Origin: Hydrolagus colliei | Lineage: Eukaryota | Reading direction: 5' to 3' | Assembly (NCBI GenBank): GCA_035084275.1 | Contig: CM068743.1 | Location: forward strand, 40,672,001 to 40,736,000 | DNA: 64,000 nt | Part shown: piece by piece, positions 1-13,400 of the stretch | Layout: the number at the start of each line of letters is the position of its first letter | Numbering within the stretch: position 1 is the stretch's first letter | Program-made: the position numbers and the translations under genes | Notes under the pieces: model-generated | Told to the model about the DNA's origin: nothing | The model's input: only the letters and a program-made list of their open reading frames with translations | The model's database searches: none

Positions 1-149
1 AATCTCCTTGATATTAAATGGGTGGAGTTTCTATAATGGTTGGCACATTGATGTATTACTTTTATGGATTAGGTTGCCATGATAAATTGACATTGATTCT
101 ACATTTTATCATAGCGTGATGGTACGTATTTATTATTGCTTAAACTGAC

Positions 150-720
150 CTACAGCAACAACAATAAAATTACATTTATAGAGTGCCTTTCACGTCGGGA
201 GGACGTCACAAAGCGCTGAACAATCAGGTCGGGACCTGAGCAGGTGGGGAAGGGTTGGGGTAGGGGGAAGGGAAGGAGAGTAGGAGAGGGGGAAGAGTTA
301 GGAGGAGAGCAGAAGGCATGGTCGAAGAGGAAGATCTTGAGACCGGCATTGAAGGAGGAAAGGGAGGAAAAGGGATTCATTCTGAAATCTCTTCCCCACC
401 AAATCTAGATTTAAAAAAGGCCTCACTTACCAGACTTAGCGGACTTGGAGTCAACAATAACAACAAATTATATTTGTATAGCGCCTTTCACATTGGGAGG
501 ATATCCCAAGGCAGTGGACAATCAAGGATGTGCACCTGAGCTGGGGGTTGGTATCAGGAGGGGTGGAGTACAGGAAGGGTGGGGGTAGAAGGGTAATTAA
601 AGGCAAGGTCGAAGAAGAAGGTCTTAAGACGGCCCTTGAAGGAGGTATGGGAGGGAGCAGAGCGAAGGGACTGTGGGATGGCGTTCCGTGGGATATGAAG
701 CTGGCCAGTATTTGCTGATC
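150..720 (-). mobile_element. Two adjacent L2-type LINE 3' end fragments
   Basis: Two reversed tails (aacaac..ttatatag.gcctttcac) with ttcgacc..gcctt and purine-rich body; the shadow ORF LKxxLFDHAF is typical of the L2 ORF2 end. Boundaries approximate. Confidence 0.7.
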
Positions 721-761
721 GAAAGGAGTAGCTGGGTTATTAAAGTTCCTTAACCATAATA

Positions 762-970
762 CAGTAAAAGCCCGTTTATCGGGCACCCGATCAACTGCAA
801 CTTCCATTTAACCGGAATCGCACAAAAAAGTCTGCATTCAATTAACCGGAATTTATCCGGAAAAATGCATTGAATTTATTTTTTAAAATTGCGTTTTCGG
901 CCGAATACCCAGCATGCACTTTAACCGCGTTGGCCAGGTCCAAGGGTGCCGGATAAACGTGCTTTTACTG
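762..970. mobile_element. Tc1/mariner (Tigger-like) MITE, 209 bp
   Basis: TIRs cagtaaaagcccgtttatcgggcacc vs cagtaaaagcacgtttatccggcacc (24/26), TA on both sides. Confidence 0.85.
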
Positions 971-1187
971 TATTTGCATAAATATTTAAAAACTTTGAGA
1001 TGTCCTCCTGATGTGAAAGGCGCTGCATAAATACAAGTTATTATTCTTATAAGTTTTATTGTAAGTTGTATTGTATCCATTTTCTAGCTTCTGCTAAACT
1101 GGAAGTCATTTCAGAGCGATTCAAAATGCCCATGTGTGTGGGGGGAGATTTAATCAGGATTTAATTTCTGATACTGTTGTGTTTCAG

Positions 1188-1457
1188 AACCCAAGATATC
1201 TTTTAAAACCAAACTACAGGATGTTGAAGTTGTAGAGAAACAAATGGCCACCCTTCAGTGTGAAGTTCCTGTTTCTGACACACAAACTAGTTGGTTCCTG
1301 GAGGAGACTCAGATAGCAGAGAGCACAAAATACTCCATCGAAGAAGAAGGCACCCTTCGAAAACTTACAATCAAAAATGTTACTACTGATGATGATGCTG
1401 TTTATGTCTGTGAAATGAAAGAAGGCAGCAGAACTGTTGGAGAATTGACTGTTAAAG
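1188..1457 (+). CDS. OBSCN: OBSCN exon w1, Ig domain
   Basis: ttcag|aa..aaag|gtaga; 270 nt; [13 protein letters not shown]...DDDAVYVC. Confidence 0.93.
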
Positions 1458-4400
1458 GTAGAGTAGATATGTTATCTTCATGGGGAGACAAGTGGGGTGT
1501 AGTGGTGGTAGAAAGGAAATGGGATTAATAATCAAGAACTCTTGAGTATCACCTAATTAAGAGATAGTCTAATGTCCCATAGTTTTCTATTGTTGGACAT
1601 AGACACTTTGTACCTATAACAATAAGAAATGTTTAGGTTCATCTTTAAGTTACAGCAAAACATTGTTGAAACTTTCTTCTGTCACTTATTTCTTCCTGCA
1701 GGTAACATTGTTAAGAAACTGCCAAGGAAAACTATAGTGGCCGAAAATGATACTGCTATTTTCTGTGTGGAATTAAGTCACAACTGTAAGAATATCAGGT
1801 GGACAAAGAATGGACAAGAACTGAAACCAAATGATAGAACAATCATCACTGTTTCTGGCATGCTTCACGTCCTTACGATTTGCGAATGCAAATGGGAAGA
1901 CATGGGAGAAATAGCATTCTTGGCCGATGACTCCAGAACATCAACCCAGTTCAATCTAACCAGTGAGTACAGTCTTATTTTGTATAGGTTTTTAAATATG
2001 ACTGTAATTTAGGTCTATCATATGGATAGGAGAGCACAGGTTTAGTATTTGGAACTCCATTCCGCAGTCCATTCACCTCGCTCTTGCCTCCATGAAGGCC
2101 CATCTCAAGACTCTCCTCTTCAACTGCACATTCGGGTCACCCTCCTACCCTTCCTGATCCCAAGCCCCTGATCCAAATCCCAGACTGTCTAATGCCTTGG
2201 GATATCCTCCCAATGTGAGAGGCCCAATACAAATGAAATTTGTTGTTATTGTTGCCTTAGAAATGATTTGAGTAGTCAAGACAGGAAGTGACAAACGCAT
2301 AGTCGAGTGTTTCGGCTGTGTTCGATTTCGGCCTCTTCGATAAGAAGCTATTAAACCTCCAGCTGCTAGGTGGGAAATGATCATATACATGATCATCTAT
2401 CCTCTCACTTAGTTAAGCTTTTGTTAAGCTTTCTGATGAGTGTGTTACTATTTCCATAAATGCCCATGTGTTTCTCCACCATTGATAGGTCAAAGTATCA
2501 CCAAGATACTTGGTGTTGTCAACAACCTTGAAAGAAGAACCCATCAAATGTCATGTCCAGAAAACTGGAGCTAGTAATAACTTGGAGCAGAAACATTCAA
2601 ATTGATTGATGTCACGCTCTCAGACATATGTATTTCCTGAGAGATCTAGTGGATAAATAAATCAGATACCTGTCATCAGCCTGCAATATGCGGTTGATGT
2701 GCACATACTCACCATTTCACCCAACCACAGAGGAGGGTACATGTTTGCGGTTGGGTGATTTGCTTAAATATGTCGATAAAACAGACTAATAAAAATGAGG
2801 AAAGATATAGTCACGGGATCATAATACTATAATACTAATCCTTGTATTTCAAAGATGCTGTATTATGTCTTCGAGGTGTCTCAAAACGCTTCACAATATA
2901 TACCGTAAAGTGAATTGACTGTATTTTGTGGGCAGAACATGGCAGATAATTGCACACATGAGTGTCCCATAAACAATCGTGGATTGGGTAGACACAGAGA
3001 TTTTCGCAAATCTTCCTTTATAATATCAGAGATAGCACAAATCCAACTCTGACAATATAATGTAATATTCTAACACACTGGATTCTGAGCAATTCTGGGA
3101 TTAATTAATTTCCTTTTTGGCTAATTTTCCTTGAAATGTTTTAGAAAAACTGCCACAGATTTCCTTATTGAATAGAACCATAGAAATTCATAGAAAATGG
3201 CACTAAAGAAGGCCATTTAAAGAGCAGCCCTTTTCCCATACCCCTGTAGTTTTCACAGGTTTTAAAACAGTGGCAGAAGCAGAATCTTTACAATACATTT
3301 GGAGGCTATTTTATCATATAATGTTTGCTGAAAGTAGTAGATACTTAGTATTATTTTTGGGCACTTCAGTCATGAGTGTGTGGGGGGGTGAAATCCCTTT
3401 TTTTAAACAAGAAAATGGGTCATTCAAATCAATGAATATTTGTGGGACACTGCTGTCTTCTATTTGTTTCTGAGTTTCACCCACAAAATATACAGTCAAT
3501 TCACTTTGTAGTATATTCTGTGAAAGGCTTTGAGATATCGCAACAACGTGATAAGGCAGTATATGAATACAAGAAATATTATTAATATTGTGAATACAGG
3601 GATTGAGATGATAAAAGCTTGGAAGTAAAGATATGTTAACAGTCCATTCCCTGACCTTCAACATGAAGGTTATTGTAATGGATTTAAGTGAGGGCTTGTA
3701 GGTTTTCATAACATTTCATTCACTTTAAACTTTAGCTAAACAGTGCTAGCCAAACACAAGCACTCACAAGCAGTATTGTTTTACGTTTCTCTCTAGCTGC
3801 AAGAAAAGTTCCACCTTATTCCCCAGTCAACCCTGTGGTCAAAGAAAAAACAGAAACATCTGTCACTCTAGCTTGGTCCTTGCCTCAAGACAAACCTCCT
3901 GTCCCTGTGACCGGCTACATCATAGAGAAAAAGAGAATAGGAAGCAATACCTGGATGAGGTGCCATTCAGAAAATGTGGTGGTGCAAGAGTTCACAGTGA
4001 GTGGTGTGACAGAAGGAGGCGATTACCAGTTCAGAATTTCCTCCATAAATAACTTTGCCCAGAGCATGTACTTAGAAGTACCAGGAACCTTTCATATCGG
4101 TACGTAAAACATTAGCATCTTCTGTATTTGTTTTTCTTTTTATTGCTGTGACCAACGTGTGTTCTGCTAAATATACAGTACTCACCGATTCTGTCTTAAC
4201 TTGATTGAAAAAGTGCTGGAATAAGCAAAACGTAATGAAAATAGAGCCTCTTCCCCAGCTCTCTGGAACTCCATCTAGCATCCTCCAGGACTTACCCCTT
4301 GCTCGCTTTTAAAGCCCACCTTATGGTGTGCAATTAGCTGCCGCTTTTCACTCAACCATGCATAGTCAATTTACTTCACAGTATATTCTGTGAAGTTCTT

Positions 4401-7400
4401 TGAGACGTCTTAAAGTCATGATAAGTCGCTCTGTCAAAAGCAAAGATTATTATTATTATCCTTAGACTGTGTTTCAGTCATCTTTCCCTCCCCTTTTTTA
4501 TCCTCTTCAGTTCCCCCCACCTTCTCAGCTCAGGTGCCCATCCAGCCTTGTGAAGAACTTTGTCCTCCTGATGTGAAAGCCATTATATTAATGTAAATTG
4601 TATTATTGGGATGCAAAGCAGTTTTCTGCATTTCCATCAAGTTATGCTCCATCTAGTACGTTGGCTCCAAAATGATTTAGGGTCAGAGTTGAGGTTCACT
4701 GGCTGTGCAGTGTACCTTGCAGGAGGAGCACATTACATTGTTAAATCCTGTAGCTCAGTGGTTAGAGCACTCTCCTCACAAGCGATAGAACCTGGGTTCA
4801 ATTCCTGGGTGGGGCGAAATGTTGGGCAGGTTTCCATATTCCAAACATCTCTGTTTACCTAGCAATAAGTTATTCTGCTCACTTTTCCATGGATAATAAT
4901 CCCTTTAAAAAAAATGGAAACCAAAAATTTGGTCACTTAATCTACGACCGTTTATGGGACACTGCTGTGCGCAAGTGCCTGCTGTTTCACACCCACAAAA
5001 CACACAGTCAATTCATTTTACGGTGTATTCTGTGAAGCGCTTTGAGACTTCTTGAAGACATGGTAAGGTGCTGTATCAAATCAAGGATTATTATTATAAC
5101 ACTTACAGCAATCAGGAGGCTCTAGCACAGGTCCTTAAAATATACGACGTTTATAAAGTCAATAGTTTCCACTGACAGTGACATTTAATTACCTAATGCT
5201 GAACTTTGTCTTTTATTCTACCAGAACCGAAAGCATCCATTAAAACTCCTCTGCGAGATGTTGAAGTCACGGTGGGTGAAGACGCCACCTTCATAATTGA
5301 AGTATCTACAATTGTATCTGGGCTGTGGTTCCTGAATGGAAAAGCTATTGAAAGCAGTGACAGTCACATCATGCAGAGAACTAAAAATACACACACATTG
5401 ATCATTAAAAAAGTGAGATCAATGGACAACTCAATGGAAATAAAATTTGTGGCTAGCTATGTTGAAAGCACGGCTAGGCTACAAGTGAAAGGTGAGCATT
5501 TGTTTTAGTTGCCACTGATATTCAATTTGTCAACTAAAGTTCTGTTGCTGTTGGTTCTGGGGGTGTAATTTCTTTATGTAATTGATTGACAACTAGTTCA
5601 GAGGTTGAGAGAATTTTGTATGAGGTGGGTTTGCTTTTTGGAGAATTTGCTGAGTGAAGAGCTTTTAACTTTTAAAAGAGAGGTAGACATTTATTTGGGG
5701 AGGACGGGTTTGCGCAGTTATGGGGAGAGAGCTCGGGAGTGGGATTGAATTGTTCTTTTCAAAGAGCCGGCACAGACTCGATGGACCAAATGGCCTCCTT
5801 TTATGCCATAAGATTCTATGATTCTGAGACTGAGTAGGTCAGGTTGGCTGTGAGGACCTCTGAGCTGGGAATATTTTTTTGGTCAGCTGGGTGTTTATCA
5901 TGACACATACTTAAGAGAATCCAAACTAGACTGCCATCTACGTATATATAAATGTCCATTTCTAGAATGGATTGCTCCCTAGAGGGATGCATTTTTTTTC
6001 CCTATTTCCTGAGAGTACAGTAGATTGGTGGAGATTGGTGAGAGCGAAGGTTTGGGGACCCCAGAGTGGGTGTTGGGTAACTGCTGGAATCTCACCAGGT
6101 AAAAATGGAAATTTAGGCAAGTTTCCTAATGCCACACACCTAACAGTAACAACAACAACAACAAAATTACACTGTATAGCGCCTTTCATGTCCCAGTAAG
6201 TAGGAACCCAGTTCTTAATTGATTGGCGGATTGCTTTCCGTGATTATTCCACACGGAATAATCCCTCCCAAAAGAATAATGATAGTTTGGCCACTCAATC
6301 CATGACACTGCTGTGCAAATTGTCTGCTACGTTTTGCCCACAAAATATACAGCCAATTTGCTTTATAGTGTATTCTGTGAAGCACTTTGCGACATTTCAA
6401 TTAAAATGATGAGGTGCTATATCAAATGCAAGGATTATTATTATTAATTTAGAATGTTTTCCATGGTTCTGACGAAGGACTAAGATACTTTGGAGGGAAT
6501 TAAGAAAAATGACTTACCGCATTCTCAGTTGGCATGGGGGAGTGGAATTCAGAATCAAATAAATATGTGTAAAAATACGCAGAAATGTATGTGTTATTAC
6601 AGCTTTGCCAGTTGTGCCAATATTCAAAAAACAGTCAGCAGAGATGGAGGTTGTGTCTGCTTCACGACAAGGCACAGCTCAGTTTGTGGCTGAGGTTTCT
6701 GACGCATCTGTGAAGGTAATTTGGAGAAGAGATGGCAAGGAGATCAAGTCGAGCAAAAAGTATGTTTTCCAGACCGTGGAACAACATCGCTTCCTGAAGG
6801 TCGACGATGTAAGCCGAGAGGACGAGGGGATTTACGAATGTGTTTGTGATGGTGATAAAATACCATTCCAACTCCATATTAAGGGTGTGTATGATACTAG
6901 GTGCTATTGGTGAATGTGCACGTTCATCCAAATCAATAGTTTCAGTTACAGAGCTAGTTATAACCAAAGGTTTCAGTGACAGCCATACTAAAGAGATTTC
7001 TCGTTAGCTATTATTTACAGGAAACTAATCCTCCTCTTCTCCCCCCTCCACCCCGCACACACTTACTTATAGACTAAAGTATGAGGCAGTTGAATTGGGG
7101 CTAAAATCTAGTGAGTATTGTTTGTTGTGCTTTTTCCAATTTGCTATTATTATTATAAGCGCTTCACAGGATTTACTGTATTGTAATTTGACCGCTTTGT
7201 GGGGAAACTCAGAGCCAATTGGGCACAGCAGCATCCCATAATCAGTCATGGATTGAGAGATCAAATTATTATTTATTTTTTTGAAGGAATTATTACCCCA
7301 GAAAAGCGATCTGCCGATCGACTAACAACTGGGATTCTAATTGGTAACAACCTGGAATAATAACAATGGAATTCTGTTCCACCCCCCCACCCCCCCTCAA

Positions 7401-10400
7401 TCTCTCCACTATGCCCCCTCCTTTACCTAGATCAGAATCACGACTGAAGACCTTTCCTTTGACCTTGTTTACTTACCAACACCTCCTCCTCCTTCCCCCC
7501 CCCAATCCCTCGGCTTGGAGTCAGGTTCCGCCCACTGTTAAGCGCTGCGAGTCACTGCACCGCCTGAAGGTTGCTATATAATGCAAGTTGTTGTCGTATA
7601 TGATTTTTTTCAAATAATTTATACCTGCTGTCTTTCATTTATTGTTCACGTCAATGACTATCTCGGTTGGTGAACCAAAGAGTCTCGATTTGTTAACAAA
7701 GAGAAATCAGAACGTGTTGTGACTGCCGTGTGTGGAGCATCGGCTGTGCTTGCTGCTGAGACGACTGACTCCCAGGCTAAGGTGCAGTGGTACAAGAATG
7801 GGAAGGAACTCAAGCAGTCAAAAACGTTTACCGTGGAGAGCAAAGGAAAGGAGCATCGATTTCTTGTCTCCGCTGCCAAGAAAGAGGACGAGGGAACTTA
7901 CACTTGCAAATGTGGAGATGACACCATGACCTTTGATTTGAAAATCACTGGTAAGGGCACGGATTGTATTGCTGTTTAGCTTTGGCATGTCAATTAAGAT
8001 TGTTCCCTTCATGTTCCCTTTCATAGAGCCTTCAGTCACTGAACGCCTAGCCTCTGGAATCTTCTTTAGAGCGCGGGTGGGGGGGTGGGAGAGGCTGAAT
8101 GGTTGGTCCCCTTTACAACTGGCTCTGTGCCAGCTTCAAAGATGACCACCCTCACTCTCCTCATGTGCTGTGGATCCTATACATTGGGGAGTGTGATGGC
8201 GGCTAACTTTACAGTTGGCACAGAGTGTGCGCGTTGTGAGTGAGGGAGGGAGGAAGGGGGTGGCCATCTATCTGCAGCTCACCTCACCTTGAAGAAATGA
8301 ACTGTAGATACATTTGGAGGGGGCTAAGAGGCCTCTAACTGTAGCCACCTGCTGCATATGCGGGAACCTGTAACCTCTGGATTTCTCTCTGTTCTTCTGC
8401 CTTGCTCCCTCTCCATCTATCTTTAAATCTTATATTAAAAGTCTTTGCCCGCCCAATCTCTGGAACTCCATCTCACAGTCCCTACACCTCGTCCCCTTCC
8501 TGGCCTCCTTCAAGTCCCACCTCAAGACCCTCATGTTCGACTGACCTATCGGTCATTCCAAATCCCCATCTTTCCCTCCATCCTCCCTGTCCCCAGCTCG
8601 GGTCTGAAACAATGACTGTCCAGTGCCTTGGGACGTCCTCCTGACTTGAAAGGCATTATACAAGTGCAATTTTGTTGTTGTTGTTGTCACGCTCCCCTCA
8701 CCACCCTCCCTTGCCTGCCATGCAACTTCGAAGGACTCCAAATCGCTATCCTAGGTGAGGTGTTATATAAGTTTTCCTAAGGATTATTATAATAATAAAT
8801 AGTAACAATAATACAAGAACTATCATGACATTTCATTATTATTGGGATAACAAACAAATGTATTTGCAGAACAAAACTACTGAGTACTTATGTAATGTCC
8901 GTTTAATAAATGTAGTATATATAGTTTGTGGACAGTCCCATAGGTTGGGGAGTCCGTAACCAGGAAATTGTGGAACTCACTGCCTGATGTAGTGGTTGAT
9001 TCAAATAGTGTGGATCAGTGGTGGCCAATCTGTGGTTTAAGTGGCCATCAAGAAGATGCCCTCTCCAAACTGTTTGAGATGAATGGCCTATTTCCGAGCT
9101 GTATATTGTTTGTACAGTACTTGTTGTTCATATAAATTTGAGGTAGGCTGTTGAGTGTTATTTGAAAGTAATTTGTGCATTGCCCCTCTCACAAACATGC
9201 TGCATGGTTATAACTGTAATTATGTACGTGTGGTTAGCTCCCATCCAATGAGATCAGGGCTGGTGAAAGACTTCAGGAATCAGGACAAATGAAACAAGAT
9301 GAAAATTCTATAGCCTGTCAATTCAAATAAACTTCCATCCTCCCAGCGCTTTGAGACATTCTCCTACTTCAAAAGGCACTATACAATTGTAATTGTTTTT
9401 GGAGGTGGGGGAGGGTCTGCTTGGAGCTAAATTGGCTCCAAGGTGATGTGCTTGGTAATGGATTAATAATAATAATCCTTGCATTTGATATAGTGCTTCA
9501 CACATCTTCTAGACGTCTCAAAGCACTTCATAGAATATACTGTAAAGTGAATTGACTGTATTTGTGGGAAACACGCGGCAGACTAATGTGCACAGCAGCG
9601 TCCCCACAAACAGTCGTGGATTGAAATGGCCAATACATTATTGTTTTTTTGAGGGATTATTATCGGGCATGTGGAATAAGGAAACTTGCCCAAGGTTTTG
9701 CCCTGCTGGGAATCGAAGCCACTTGTAAGGCAAGTGCTCCAACCACTGAGCTACAGGACTCCTGTAAATCTCAGAATTGAGTCAGTCAAGCATTACTCCA
9801 CATGAGTGGCACTATATAACTGCAAGTGTTGTTATCTGTGGAGTCCTGCAGCTCAGTGGTTAGAGCACTTGACTCGCAAGCGAAGGTTTGATTCCAGGCA
9901 GGGCGAAACCTTAGGCAAGTCCACACAACTGATAACAATCCTTCAAGAAAAAACAATAATAAATTGGTCACTTCAATCCATGACTGTTTGTGGACACCCT
10001 GTGTGCAATTGGCTCCTGCGTTTTGCCCACAAAATGTACAGTTGATTCACTTTACAGTATATTCTGTGAAGCACTTTGAAGCGTGTAGAAGCTGTGAACT
10101 GCACTATATCAAATGCAAGGATTATTAGGCAATGAGTGTCTATGAGCCTTGATAATCTGGAATTCGTGCTAAATAATGTCTATAGAGTTAAGTAGACAGG
10201 GTGGGTGGGCCCTCCAAGGAGTGAGTCTGTATTCCATTTTAGACACAGGAAAATGTTCCTGCTTAGATGGTATGCACATATGAAACTCTCAGTCTGTTTT
10301 GGATACTCTTAAGCATGGTGAAGGGTTTCCACTTGCGTCAAATCCAGCTGGCCAAACTAAAATAGACACTATTCATCAGAATTGTCAAGCCGCAGTACAG

Positions 10401-13400
10401 TTCTGCAAATGAGTGGATTAGTGATTCATGTGGAGGATGTTGCAAAAAATTCCCTTCTCTTTGGAATAATGTCACGGGATGTTTAGCATCCATCTGAACA
10501 AGGAGAAGTTAACTCAAAGTCTATAAAGCCACATTTTGTAAAGTTCATACTGAAAGGATTTATAATACTAATCCTTGCTTTTGATATAGTTCCTGATCAT
10601 ATCTTTGAGATGTCTTAAAGTGCTTTACAGAATATACTGCAAAGTAAATTGATTGTACATATTGTGGGTGAAATGCAGCAGCCAACTGCGCACAGCAGTG
10701 TCCCACAAACAGTCATGGTTTGAGTGACCAAATTATTTGAAAAAAATGTCTTGAAGGTATTATTGTCCCAGAAAAGCGATCTGCCTATCGACTAACATCC
10801 GGGTGGGTTCTTACGTTCTGCTGGGTGAACAGAGGTTTGTGGAGTAAGGTAACTTGCCCAAATTTAACTGGGCACGGGAATTGAACCCAGATCCTCTTGC
10901 TTGCGTGTCGAGTGCTCGAATCACTAAACTACAGGACTTCAAGGGATTTGATGAAAATCAAATCTGACAGTCGATAGATGGTTGTCTAAGCAGCAATGCA
11001 TTGCTCGTTATTGGCAAATCAGCAGTTTATCTTTTGCACATTGCAACATTCATTGTCTGAGATTTCAATGTACTTTTTTTTACTTCTTTAGTACTTTATA
11101 TTTCTGCATAGCATTGCACAACCTTTCGTACAGTTTCTAAATCGGGATGATTAGTTTCTGATCACCTGCCAGAGCTCTGTGTCACTTTGTAGGACAAGCA
11201 TTCTGACATAATGCAACAAGTGTTCCATCACATGTGCTGCTCTCTGAACAGGCACAGGCACTCATTGCAAGACAGTGAAGAAATAAAATAACATGGTGGA
11301 GAGTTTGTAAACTCTATAGTTTGTAAGCTCTATAGTTTATAACTTGTGGAATCCTATAGCGTAATGGTTAATACACACGCTTTGCAAACATGAGGACCAG
11401 GGCTTATTTCCCAGGCGGGGAAAAACCTTAGGCAGGTTTCCTTACTCCTCATACCTCTGTTTACCTCTATTTACCCTTGCAGTAGATAGGAAACCGGTTA
11501 TTAGTCGATTGGCGGATTGCTTTCCCATTCTCCAAAAATCAAAATGTGATCATTCAATCCATGACTATTTGTCATGGACACTGTTGTGTGCAATTGTCTG
11601 CCATTTTTATCCTACAAAAAAGACAGTCATTCCACTTTATTTTGTGAAGCATTTTGAAACGACGTGATAAGGTGTAATAAGATATCACATCAAATGCAAG
11701 GATTATTATTATAGTACTTTCAGCATTCAATTGTACCAAATTTCATCTTGTAGTTCATGCCAAACCCACAATGAGTGCAATTCTTAGAAATGTTCTAGGG
11801 ATTGGGAATCCCAATTAATGGGGTTTATTTGAAATAAGAACTCTGATTTTGTCTGATTACCTTTATCCCAGGTTGAAGGAATTGATAGTCTTGATTTAAA
11901 TAGGTGGTGGCTGCTTATAAGTCACTTGAACTAACTGTGGTTATAATTATTCAACATGGTGCTTTTAAGTCTTATCCAAATGACAGCACCTCCATCAGTG
12001 CGATACCTGCCCCAGTAATATCCTAATCTTTCTACTATTCCCTTGTAATCCATTGGCAATAGCTGCACAGGTGTTAATGCATGTATGATATTTCAAAGTG
12101 TCAATCATAATTATTGTGCTATTTTAAATATCATCTGTCATGGCACTGGAATCCACAGTGAGTACTACTACAGATTGGTTTTGTGACTACTGTTACAACT
12201 GTCTCGTACTAACGTTTGTCACTATGCTAAATGTAGAATGAGTATGCACTACACATATTACAGTGCAGTGTTACTCTTTTTACTGGAGTAGTATTCAGAC
12301 TTCTAGCAGAACTCAGCTAATTTCTACAAGATGAATCGACTGGATGTTCGTGCTGGGCCACTCTGCCTGTTCAGGTGAACTTTAAAGATCCCGTTGCACA
12401 TTTGAAAAGAGAAGGGAGTCACTTTACAGTATATCAATCGTGTTAAGTGCTTTGATTGCCTCCTGACATGATAGGTGCAATATCAAATGTTAGGATTATT
12501 ATAATGATGACAATAATACAAATATTATCAGGACTCCTCACCATTGTTATTGGGATGATAAACAAATGCGTTCACAGTATAAAACTAATGTAGGAATGCA
12601 AATGCTGTATCGGCCTTTTGTAGGATAACACCACATAGCCTTAACCAACACTCTAGCCTTTCAATTGCAGCTAGTTTTGGAATAGCTTGGATCCTAAATA
12701 CTACTTACAGTGGTTTGGCTCTCAGGGTAAAACAGAATCATCCTCACCTTTGATGTGCCACTTGGTTAAACAGCTTGCCAGTGCTCATTGTCTGGGTACT
12801 ACGTGTGAGGGTAAGGCATCAGATGGTTGCTGGCACCAGTAGAACCGTACTCCATAAACACCTCTTTGTACTCGGCTTGCATAGGGATCATTAAGTTCAT
12901 CCCCAAAATTCTGTTTGTACATGGAACATATTACTTCATCATCATTCACTGAATTGTAAATGATGATTGTTGAATTTTTAATTATTGCTGTGGGTTTTAG
13001 CTGGTTAATGTGTACCCCAAAGTCCCTCCAAAATTTAGCTCTCGCCTAATAATCTGTGCTTAATCCTTTCCAGAATTAAATAAGCAAGATGCGTCACTCC
13101 GGAAGACAGTGCACATTCCATTCCAGACAGGGATATTTCCATGCATCTGTGGCTTACAGTCTGGTTTGGGTACAGTTAAGCACGGTGATGGGTTTTTGCA
13201 TGTGTCAGACACCACAAAAGACTGGCAGCTGTGGTAGAGGCATCAAAGAGCCGAAAGTTAGATGAAAGTGTTTGAAGTCAGTGCTTCTTATGGGCGAGTT
13301 TCCATTCTCCACGCGCCTCTGTTTACAGAGCAGTAAGCTGGAACCCAGTTGTTAGTCGATTGGTTGATTGCTTCCGGGAGTAATTACCTTTCAAAAAGAA

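Noticed and set aside
4746-4820. tRNA genes suggested by tagctcagtggttagagc / ggttcgattcc motifs (many places)
   Set aside because: Each continues into the SINE body and tail and lacks a proper acceptor stem; these are SINE heads
12726-12810. Possible 85-nt poison exon (ctcag|gg ... gagg|gtaagg) in the long intron
   Set aside because: Good donor but modest acceptor, immediate stop and no other support; expected by chance in a 7-kb intron
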